Source: Flavobacteriales bacterium (GTDB taxonomy: Bacteria; Bacteroidota; Bacteroidia; Flavobacteriales_F; PHOS-HE28). From it: a stretch of DNA of 64,000 nucleotides. The position numbers and the translations under genes were made by a program. The DNA is taken from assembly GCA_031411095.1 (NCBI GenBank), contig JANOAK010000009.1:12999-76998 (forward strand). The letters are read 5' to 3'. Positions 51,560 to 62,800 of this stretch are shown one piece after another. Below the pieces are notes generated by a model that worked only from the letters and a program-made list of their open reading frames with translations, was not told the DNA's origin and made no database searches. Each line of letters begins with the position of its first letter. Position 1 is the first letter of the stretch.

Positions 51560-53596
51560 ATGATCCGGAGCGCCGCGTCCGTGCGGGCCCTGCCCATGCT
51601 GTTGCTTGTCATTACCGCCCTTCCCATGGCGCTGCGCACGCAGGGGCAGACCAGCACCATCCGATTCAACGACGTGGTGAAGGGCGGCGTGGCCATGATC
51701 GGTAATTCGCATTACCTGCAATCCTCCGACTTCGACATCCCGGATCCTTCGATCGTCAACGACGTCGACGGTGATCCGTCGACCAGTATCTCCACCTCCG
51801 CGGACCTCATCCTGCCGGCGAACTCAACCATTGTGTACGCCTATCTGACGGTGGAAACCGGGTTTGAGAGCACGCCGGGGGACATGACCAGCGTGAAATT
51901 CCGGGTACCGGGAGGTGCGTACATCACCCTCACCAACGCATCCACCCAGTTCCTCGCCGTGCGCAGTGTGAACGACCCGGGCACCCGGAAATACCGGCAG
52001 ATGATATTCGACGTCACCGCCCTGGCCCCCGCCTCAGGCTATGTGAGCGTTGCTGGTGGCGGTGCCGCCGGCAGGTACTTCGTGGCCGACCCGACCCCCA
52101 ACTACCCGGTGGATCAGCGCACCAACATGGGTGGCTGGTCGCTGATCGTCGTCTACCGGAACGCCAGTTCGATCAACCGGAGCGTGGTGGTGGCGGATGG
52201 CTGGCGGTTCTTCGACAGCAATGGCGAGTCGGTGGATACCGACATCCCCAATGTGCGCATGCCGAACTCCGGAACCGTGACGGCAACGGTGGGGCTTACC
52301 GGTACCTACGGCGATCCCGCGCTAGCCGGCTATTGCCCTGGATGCACCGACTACCTGTCATTTGGTATTGCTGGAGGGGCGCTCACCGACCTCGCGGATC
52401 CGGTGGCCGGCACTACTACCGACGTGTTGAACTCCACCATCGGCTGGGCTCCGAACAACGATGTCAGCACGGACGGCGGTCCGGCCATCAGTGGGAACTA
52501 CACGGCCCGGGCGCCTTCCAGCGGGTTCACCCCCGCCAACTATGCGCCTGTCGGCAGCCAGGGATCCGCGCAGTACGACTCGGACATCTTCTCGGCCAGT
52601 GGCTTGCTCCCGGCGGACGGTTCGTTGCGCACTGTGCGTTTGCGGCAGCGATCGGTAGGCAGCGATTGGTTGGTATCGGGTTCGTACTTCATATCCGTGG
52701 AGACCGTGGTGGCCAACCTGGAACTGGGCATTGCTCCGGCGACCATCGTGGATGGGGGAACGGCCACGTATACATACACCATCAACAATTCCTTCCCCGG
52801 CGCGATCGACCAGACCGGGTTGAGCTTCACGAACACCCTGCCTGCTGGGATCGTCATCGCCCCTGTCCCGAACGCTATGATATCCTGTGGCGGAACCTTG
52901 GCCGCTGCGGCCGGGAGCAACCAGGTGGTCGTTTCGGGGGTGGACCTGAACAACGGTCAGAGCTGCACGATCACGGTGGATGTGACCAATGTGGCAGGGC
53001 AGGTCAATCCGGATTGCAGCGGCCTTCCTCTGGCCTTCACCAATGGCGTGGGGGACTTCAGCGGTTCGAACAACCTGGCCACCAGTGTCGGATCCATATG
53101 CCTGGAAGTGGTGGTGGATCCCTGTGATGCGATCGCATCCGGGAACCCCGATAACGATGGCGACACGGTCGCTGACCTCTGCGACCTTGACGATGACAAC
53201 GATGGCATACCCGATACCGCAGAAGGCGGAGATGCGCTGGACACCGATGGTGACGGGGTGGCGAACCGCTTCGACCTGGACAGCGACAACGACGGCATCT
53301 ACGATTGTGTGGAATCGGGTTCGGCACAGGCCTTCACGGCCGGTGTGTTGAACGGAGCGGTCACCGCGAACGGAATACCGGTTTCAGTGGATGCGAACGC
53401 GAACAACGTGGTGGACTATACGATCCGCGACAGCGATGCGGACGGAACGATCGACAGCCGGGAACTGGACGCTGACGGCGACGGTTGCCCCGATGTGATC
53501 GAAGCGGGATACACCGATGCCAACAGCGATGGGCGATTGGGGAATGCACCGCTTACGGTGAACGGTAACGGCGTAGTGACATCGGGTAACAACTGA
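51560..53596 (+). CDS. Large surface protein 3. Modules: variable head; DUF11-like domain; TSP3-like C-terminal module B. No T9SS CTD.
   Basis: ORF 51353..53596; signal [29 protein letters not shown] at 51560; C-terminal 150 aa about 80% identical to C-termini of proteins 1 and 2. Confidence 0.75.
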   Translation: MIRSAASVRALPMLLLVITALPMALRTQGQTSTIRFNDVVKGGVAMIGNSHYLQSSDFDIPDPSIVNDVDGDPSTSISTSADLILPANSTIVYAYLTVETGFESTPGDMTSVKFRVPGGAYITLTNASTQFLAVRSVNDPGTRKYRQMIFDVTALAPASGYVSVAGGGAAGRYFVADPTPNYPVDQRTNMGGWSLIVVYRNASSINRSVVVADGWRFFDSNGESVDTDIPNVRMPNSGTVTATVGLTGTYGDPALAGYCPGCTDYLSFGIAGGALTDLADPVAGTTTDVLNSTIGWAPNNDVSTDGGPAISGNYTARAPSSGFTPANYAPVGSQGSAQYDSDIFSASGLLPADGSLRTVRLRQRSVGSDWLVSGSYFISVETVVANLELGIAPATIVDGGTATYTYTINNSFPGAIDQTGLSFTNTLPAGIVIAPVPNAMISCGGTLAAAAGSNQVVVSGVDLNNGQSCTITVDVTNVAGQVNPDCSGLPLAFTNGVGDFSGSNNLATSVGSICLEVVVDPCDAIASGNPDNDGDTVADLCDLDDDNDGIPDTAEGGDALDTDGDGVANRFDLDSDNDGIYDCVESGSAQAFTAGVLNGAVTANGIPVSVDANANNVVDYTIRDSDADGTIDSRELDADGDGCPDVIEAGYTDANSDGRLGNAPLTVNGNGVVTSGNN

Positions 53597-53871
53597 ACGT
53601 GATGCCTTCCGGGATCATCCATACACATCTGCCAGAGAACGGGTCAACTGCGCTACCTGCCGAGGAGCGTGCTGGCTACCGCATGGATGGACACCCATCG
53701 GACCAGGACCGGTCACGCGTGGCTGAACGCCCCGGACGGACCCTCTATTTCGATCGCCGGACGACGGCCGCAACCCGACCAGTGGAACCCTCTGGCCGGA
53801 ATACCGTACAAACGGAACGCATGGCGCCATGTAGCTCTCTCAACTCACTGGTAACCAGGCTTGAAGAAACG

Positions 53872-56800
53872 ATGAATTGGAATCGGATCTGTGCTTTCTT
53901 CCTTCGGGGAACTGGTCGTAGGATCATGTCCCCGGGGTCATTTGCTGCCTTGGTCGCGCTGTTTTTCGGCGTGGCCAGTGCGCAGGCACAGAATGGATAT
54001 ACCACGCCGGCGGATGCGAACGGAAACAGCATCTACGACTTTCAGGAGGCCACCACCCTGGCCATTACCTGTCCAGCGAATGTCACCGCGACCAATGCGC
54101 TGAACACATGCGGAGCTGCTGTTGTGGTCCCCGCACCATCCGCTTCAGGATATTGTGGATCATACACGCTGACGAACAGTTTCAACGGCACAGCCAACGC
54201 CTCCGGTACCTACCCTGTGGGTGTCACCACGGTGACATGGACCGCAACCGACCCACGAGGTCAAACGGCGAGCTGTTCCATGACCGTTACGGTAACCGAT
54301 ACACAGCTGCCCGCGATCACCTGCCCGGCGAACATCACGGTAGGCAATGATGCCGGTGTATGCGGTGCCGTGGCGAGCTATGTGGCCCCTGTGGGTTCGG
54401 ATAACTGTCCAGGAGCGACCACCGCGCGCATTGCTGGTCCTGCGTCGGGCAGCCTTTTCCCGAACGGGACGACCACGGTCACCCACCGTGTGACGGACGC
54501 TGCGGGCAACACGGCACAATGCTCCTTTACCGTTACGGTGAATGACACCCAGTTGCCGGTCATCACGTGCCCAGGCAACATTGTGGTGAGCAACGATCCA
54601 GGCGTTTGTGGTGCTACGGTGAGCTATGCCCCGCCGGTAGGCACGGATAATTGCCCGGGTCCGGTCACTGTGCGGACCGCAGGTCTTGCCCCAGGAAGCC
54701 TGTTCCCATTGGGCACGACGACGATCACCTACCGAGTGACTGATGCTGCGGGGAACATTGCACAGTGTTCGTTCACCGTTACCGTGAATGACACACAGGT
54801 CCCCACGATCACATGTCCCGCCAACGTAGCGGCCACCACCAACACCGGCTGCACAGCCACCGGCGTAGCGCTCGGAACACCCACCACCGCCGACAACTGT
54901 GGTGTGGCCACGGTGACCAACAACGCGCCTGCGGCCTTCCCGCTGGGTATCACCACGGTCACATGGACGGTGACGGACAACAGCGGTAACACCGCCACCT
55001 GCGCACAGACGGTGACGGTAACGGACAACGTGAACCCCACGATCACCTGCCCGGCCAACGTTTCCGCCACGACGAACACCGGTTGCACCGCGACGGGTGT
55101 TGCCCTCGGCACGCCGGTGACCAATGACAACTGCGGTGTGGCCTCGGTGACCAACAACGCGCCTGCGGCCTTCCCACTGGGCGTGACCACCGTTACCTGG
55201 ACCGTGACCGACAACAGCGGACGCACGGCGACGTGTACCCAGACCGTAACGGTAACGGACAACGTGAACCCCACGATCACCTGCCCGGCCAACGTTTCCG
55301 CCACGACGAACACCGGTTGCATCGCGACGGGTGTTGCCCTCGGCACGCCGGTGACCAACGACAACTGCGGTGTGGCCTCGCTGACCAACAACGCGCCTGC
55401 GGCCTTCCCGCTGGGCGCGACCACCGTTACCTGGACCGTGACCGACAACAGCGGTCGCACCGCCACCTGCGCACAGACGGTAACGGTGACGGACAACGTG
55501 AATCCCACGATCACCTGCCCGGCCAACGTAGCCGCCACGACCAACACCGGCTGCACCGCCACCGGTGTTGCCCTCGGCACACCGGTGACCAACGACAACT
55601 GCGGCGTGGCCTCGGTGACCAACAACGCGCCTGCGGCCTTCCCGTTGGGCGTGACCACCGTTACCTGGACCGTGACCGACAACAGCGGTCGTACGGCCAC
55701 CTGCGCACAGACGGTGACGGTGACCGACAACGTGAACCCCACGATCACCTGCCCGGCCAACGTTACCGCCACGACGAACACCGGATGCACGGCTACGGGT
55801 GTTGCCCTCGGCACGCCGGTAACCAACGACAACTGCGGTGTGGCCTCGGTGACCAACAACGCGCCTGTGGCCTTCGCGCTGGGCGTGACCACCGTTACCT
55901 GGACCGTGACCGACAACAGCGGCCGCACCGCCACCTGCGCACAGACGGTGACGGTGACGGACAACGTGAATCCCACGATCACCTGCCCGGCCAACGTAGC
56001 CGCCACGACCAACACCGGCTGCACCGCCACCGGTGTTGCCCTCGGCACACCCGTGACCAACGACAACTGCGGCGTGGCCTCGGTGACCAACAACGCGCCT
56101 GCGGCCTTCCCGTTGGGCGTGACCACCGTTACCTGGACCGTGACCGACAACAGCGGTCGTACGGCCACCTGCGCACAGACGGTGACAGTGACCGACAATG
56201 ATGCTCCCATTGCCGTATGCCAACCCGCGACCATTGGTCTGGATGGTTCCGGCATCGCTACGCTGACCGCCGCGGATGTGAACGGCGGCAGCACCGACAA
56301 CTGCAGCATCGCCTCCATAAGCGTGGTGCCGAACACCTTCAACGCCGTAGGCACATACACCGCGACATTGACCGTGACGGATGCGGCAGGCAACAGCAGC
56401 ACCTGTACCGCCACGGTGACGGTGACCGACAGCCAGCCACCAGTGGCCATTTGTCAGAACATCACCATCAACCTGAATGCTGGCGGTACCGTCACCATCA
56501 CTGCTGCGCAGATCGACGGAGGAAGCACGGACAATGGCACGATCACCTCGTTGGTCGCCTCCCAGACGAACTTCGATTGCACCGATCTCGGCCCCAACAA
56601 TGTCACCCTCACCGTTACCGATGATGGCGGCAACACGACGCAGTGCACGGCCGTGGTCACTGTGCAGGACATCATCGCGCCGGCGGCCATTTGCCAGAAC
56701 GCAACGATCTACCTCGACGGTGCCGGAAATGCGAGCATCGCCGCAGCTGATCTGAACAATGGCAGCACGGACAATTGCTCGATCGCCACCATCATCGCAA

Positions 56801-59800
56801 GCAAGAACGACTTCACCTGCGCAGACCTTGGAGCGAACGTGGTCACCGTCACCGTGACCGATCAGAGCGGCAATGGCACCAACTGCAATGCAACGGTGAC
56901 CGTCGTCGATGATATCGACCCGACCATCACATGCCCCGCCACCGTGAATGCCACCACCAATTCGGGTTGCACCGCCACGGGCGTCAACCTCGGAGTGCCG
57001 GTCACGGCCGACAATTGCAGCGTGGCGAGTGTCTCCCACAATGCGCCCGTAGCCTTCCCGATCGGCAGCACCACGGTCACCTGGACGGTGACGGATGGCA
57101 GCGGGAACACGGCCACCTGCACCCAGACGGTGATCGTGACCGATAATGTGCCGCCAACGATCACCTGCCCGGTCAACGTTAGCGCCAACACGAACAGTGG
57201 ATGCACGGCCACCGGGGTGAACCTGGGAACACCTGTCACCAATGACAACTGCGGTGTGGCCACTGTCTCGAACAATGCACCCGCCGCGTTCCCCTTGGGC
57301 AATACGGCAGTGACATGGACCGTGGTCGACAACAGTGGCAATACGTCCACTTGTGTTCAGACCGTGACCGTGGTCGACAATGGCTCGCCTTCGATCAGCT
57401 GTCCGCCCCACGTGAACACCACCACCAACAGTGGCTGTACGGCCACGGGTGTCAATCTCGGCGTGCCCATCACCAGCGATAATTGCAGTGTTCTCAGCGT
57501 GACCAACAACGCACCGGTGGCCTTCCCCTTGGGGACCACCACGGTCATGTGGATCGTGATGGACAACAGTTCCAATGGAGCCACGTGCATGCAGAGCGTA
57601 ACGGTCACGGACAACGTGCCGCCCACGATCACCTGCCCTGCTGCGGTGAACGTGAACACCAACAGTGGTTGCACCGCAACAGGCGTTGCACTAGGCACTC
57701 CGACGACCGCGGATAACTGTGGTGTGGCCAGCGTTACCAACAACGCACCCGCTGTGTTCCCCATCGGCAGCACCACGGTCACCTGGACCGTCACCGACAA
57801 CAGTGGTAACTCATCGAATTGCGCACAGACCGTCAACGTCACGGACATCACACTCCCCACGATCACCTGTCCCGCGAACGTCAGTGTTGGCACCAACAGT
57901 GGCTGCACGGCCACGGGAGTTGCCCTCGGCACGCCGGTGACCAACGATAACTGCGGTGTAGCCTCCGTGACCAACAACGCACCCGCGGCCTTCCCGTTGG
58001 GCGCGACCATCGTCACCTGGACAGTGACCGACAACAGCGGTAACCTGGCCACCTGCACACAGACCGTGACGGTGACCGACAACGTAGCTCCCACGATCGC
58101 CTGCCCACCGACGGTCAACGCCACAACGAACAGCGGTTGTACCGCAACGGGCGTGAACCTCGGCATACCTGTTACGAACGATAACTGCGGCGTTTCGAAT
58201 GTGGTCAATGATGCACCCGCTGCATTCCCGCTCGGCAGTACGACCGTGACCTGGACGGTAACGGACAATGCCGGTAATACGACGAGTTGCACACAAACGG
58301 TCAACGTACTGGACGATGTTCCGCCCGTAGCGGTCTGCCAGGCGGTCACCCTGTTCCTCGATGGCACGGGAAGTGTCGGTCTGGCAGCCAGCGCCGTGGA
58401 TAACGGCAGCAGCGACAACTGCGGCATTGCCAGCCTGAACGTGTCGCCCAATAGCTTCAATGCAGTGGGCACCTACACCGCGACGCTCACCGTGGTGGAC
58501 AATAGTGGCAACAGCAGCACCTGCACGGCCCTTATCACCGTGAATGACCTCGTTCCGCCGGTGGCCGTGTGCCAGCCTGTGACGATCTACCTCGATGGCA
58601 GTGGCAACGCGACGATCGTGGCCGGCGACATCGACGGCGGATCAACCGATAACGACGCCATCGCCAGCCTGGTCGCATCACAAACGAACTTCGATTGCAG
58701 CAATACGGGAGATAACAACGTGACCCTTACCGTAACGGATGACGGTGGCAATACGGCCAGCTGCGTGGCTGTCGTTACGGTGCTGGATACGATCAGGCCG
58801 AGCGTGGTTTGCAACGGCGTAACGGTGTCGCTGAACAACTTCGGCAGTGTGACCATCGATCCGGCGGATGTTGCTATGGCCACCACCGACAACTGTGGGA
58901 GCGGACCGTTGACCTTCAGCACAAGCGACAGCACGTTCATCGCTGTAGGCAGCTACACCGTGTGGGTGTATGTGATCGACGAAGCAGGCAACATCGACAG
59001 CTGCCAGGCAGTGGTTACGGTGAACGACCTGAACCCGCCGGTGGCGATCTGCCAGCCTGCGACGATATACCTGGACGGCAGCGGTAACGCGAGCATCACA
59101 CCGGCGGACATCGACGGTGGCAGCACCGACAACGGCACGATCGTGAGCATCACGGCAAGCCAGACGAACTTCGACTGCACGAACACGGGTGCGAACACGG
59201 TAACGCTGAGCGTAACGGATGACGGTGGCAACACCAGCACCTGCGACGCGGTGGTGACGGTACTGGATACCATCGCACCGGTAGCGGTTTGCCAGAACAT
59301 CACGGTGGCCCTGGACGGCAGCGGCAACGCGAGCATCGTGGCATCGGACATCGACGGAGGTAGCAGCGACAATTGTGCAGGCTTCACGCTGAGCGTGAGC
59401 CAGGCCATCTTCGACTGCAGCATGACCGGCGCGAACACGGTGACCCTGACGGTGACCGATGCCAGCGGTAACGTGAGCACCTGTGATGCCACCGTGACCA
59501 TCGAGGACAACACGATCCCAACGGTGGTGTGCAATGATGTGACGATCAACATGGATACCAACGGCTGGGCGGTGATCAATGCCAGCGCGATGGCCACGGC
59601 CACCACGGACAACTGTGGCGGTGGAACGCTTGAGTATACCACGAGCGTGGACAGCATCAATGTGGTGGGTACGCAGACGGTGTGGGTGTATGTGCAGGAT
59701 GCCAGCGGCAACATCGACAGCTGTTCCGCCACGGTCACCGTTACGGACCTGAACCCGCCGACGGCGATCTGCCAGGCTGCGACGATCTACCTCGACGGAA

Positions 59801-62800
59801 GCGGCGGCGCGAGCATCGTGGCGGCCGACATCAACGGAGGCAGCACGGACAACGGCACGATCGTGAGCATCACGGCGAGCCAGACGAACTTCGACTGCAC
59901 GAACACGGGTGCCAATGGTGTATGGCTTTACGTAACCGACGATGGCGGCAATATCGACAGCTGCCAAGCCACGGTGACGGTGCTCGACACGATCGCCCCT
60001 GTGGCGGTGTGCCAGAACATCACAGTGGCGCTCGATGGCAGCGGCAACGCCAACATCACGGCGAACGACATCGACGGTGGCAGCGGCGACAACTGCGCAG
60101 GCTTCACGCTCAGCGCGAGCCAGACGAACTTCGACTGCAGCATGACCGGGGCGAACACGGTGACCCTGACGGTGACCGATGCCAGCGGTAACGTGAGCAC
60201 CTGTGATGCCACCGTGACCATCGAGGACAACACGATCCCCACGGTGGTGTGCAACAGCGCCACGATCAACATCGGTCTGAACGGATGGGCGGTGATCAAC
60301 GCCGACGCGCTGGCCACGGCCTCGAGCGATAACTGCGGCAACGCTGCGCTGGACATCTTCACGGTGGTGGACAGCATCAACGTGGTGGGTGACAGCACCA
60401 TCTGGGTGTACGTGCAGGATGCGGCCGGCAACATCGACAGCTGCCAAGCCACGGTGACCATCACCGACCTGAACCCGCCAACGGCGATCTGCCAGCCTGT
60501 GACGATCCACCTGGACGGCAGCGGTAACGCGAGCATCACACCGGCCGACATCGATGGTGGCAGCACGGACAACGGCACGATCGTGAGCATCACGGCGAGC
60601 CAGACGGCCTTCGACTGCACGAACACGGGTGCCAATGGTGTATGGCTTTACGTAACCGACGATGGCGGCAACATCGACAGCTGCCAGGCCACGGTGACAG
60701 TGCTGGACACCATTGCGCCGAACGTTTCCTGCCAGGACTTCACGGTCTACCTTGACGCGAGCGGGGTGGCCCAGGTCCAGGACAGCGACATCATTGTGGG
60801 CACGGCTGACAATTGCAGCCCCTTGGTATCCACCGTGAGCGCCAGCCAGTTCACGAACATTGGAACATACCCGGTGACGGTCACCATCACCGACCCCAGC
60901 GGTAACAGCTCCAGCTGCTCATCCATCATCACGGTGCTGGACACCATTGTACCGCAGGTGAATTGCCTCGCCTTCACAGGAGTTGTTCTGCACCTGGACA
61001 GCAACGGTCAAGCGGTGCTCGATCCGGCCCAACTGGATGGCGGCAGCAGCGACAACGATACGATCGTCGCGCTCACCGCATCGCAGGTCCAGTTCGATTG
61101 CGGTGATATCGGCAACAACAGCGTCACGCTGTACGCGACGGATGCAGCAGGCAACGTGGATAGCTGCTTCGCAGTGGTCACCGTGCTCGACACCATCGCG
61201 CCCTCGGTCATTTGCCAGAACATCACGATAGCCTTGGACGGCAGCGGCAACGCGACCATCTCCAGCGCACAATTGGATAATGGCAGTTCGGATAACTGTA
61301 CGCTGGCATCCACCTCGGCAAGCCAGACGACCTTCGACTGCAGCGCTGTGGGTGTGAACGTGGTGACCCTTACAGCGATCGACGCAAGCGGCAACACAAG
61401 CAGCTGCAATGCCCTGGTAACGGTCATTGACACGATCATGCCGGTAGCGGTGTGCAACAACATCACCATTTACCTCGATGGCAGCGGCGTGGCCACGATC
61501 ACCGGACAGGACATCGACGGTGGATCCACGGACAATTGCGGTACGCTCACCTACACGGCAAGCCAGACCAGCTTCGATAGCGTGGGCGTATACACGGTGA
61601 TCCTCACGGTGACGGACGGCAGCGGTAACAGCAGCAGCTGCACGGCTACGGTGACGGTGAATGATATCGTCGCCCCGGAAGCGAACTGCCAGGCTGCGAC
61701 CATCTATCTCGACGGCAACGGCAATGCGAGCATTACGCCGGCCGACATCGATGGTGGAAGCACGGACAACGGCACGATCGTTGGCATCACCGCCAGCCAG
61801 ACCGCCTTTACCTGCAATGATCTGGGCATCAACGATGTGATCCTCACGGTCACCGATGATGGAGGTAACAACGACAGCTGCATCGCGGTGGTCACGGTGC
61901 TCGACACCATCGCACCGGTAGCGGTGTGCAACAACATCACCATCTACCTCGATGGCAGCGGTGTGGCCATCATCACCGGGCAGGACATCGACGGCGGTAG
62001 CACCGACAATTGCGGCATGCTCACCTACTCGGTCAGCGACACGAGTTTCGACAACGTGGGTACCTATACCGTGACCCTCACCGTGACCGATGGCAGCGGC
62101 AACAGCAGCACATGCACCGCGACCGTCACCGTGAACGATGTCAGCCTGCCCACGGCGAACTGCCAGCCAGCGACGATCTACCTCGATGCCAGCGGCAATG
62201 CCAGCATCACCGCCGCTGACATCGACGGCGGCAGCACGGATAACAGCGTGATCGTGGCTTTGGTCGCCTCGCAGACCGCTTTCGATTGTGGCGATCTGGG
62301 CGCTAACGATGTGATCCTCACCGTCACCGATGATAGCGGGAACAGCGACAGTTGCATCGCCGTGGTCACTGTGCTCGATACCATTGCACCGAACGTGGTG
62401 TGCAACAACATCACCATCTACCTCGACGGCAATGGCAACGTGGAGATCATCGGCGAGGACATCGATGGTGGTTCCACCGACAACTGTGGCACGCTGAGCT
62501 ACTCGGCGAGCACGACGATCTTCACGGCACCCGGTACGTATCAGGTAACGCTTATCGTAACGGATGCCAGCGGCAACAGCAGCAGCTGTACAGCAACGGT
62601 GGAGGTCCTGGTGGTCAACCTGCCTCCGGTGGCCGTGGATGACAGCATCTCCACGAGCGAAGGCGAAGCGGTGGTGATCGGCAACGAGGCCAACGATAGC
62701 GATCCGAACAACGATCCCTTCAGCACCACGGATGCGTCCGCCGGTGTGGGCAGCGTGGAGATCAACGGTGATGGTACGCTGACCTATACACCAGCAACGG

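Noticed and set aside
54160-57411. 1083-aa minus-strand ORF (and similar long antisense ORFs at 58678..60510, 60919..63783, 24390..26327, 27712..29205, 32427..34499, 34722..35987, 1661..3019, 6675..7601, 13953..15344)
   Set aside because: High-GC, repeat-rich sequence keeps antisense frames open. These ORFs have Arg/Gly/His-rich low-complexity translations and no domain signatures, and they overlap strongly supported plus-strand genes end to end.
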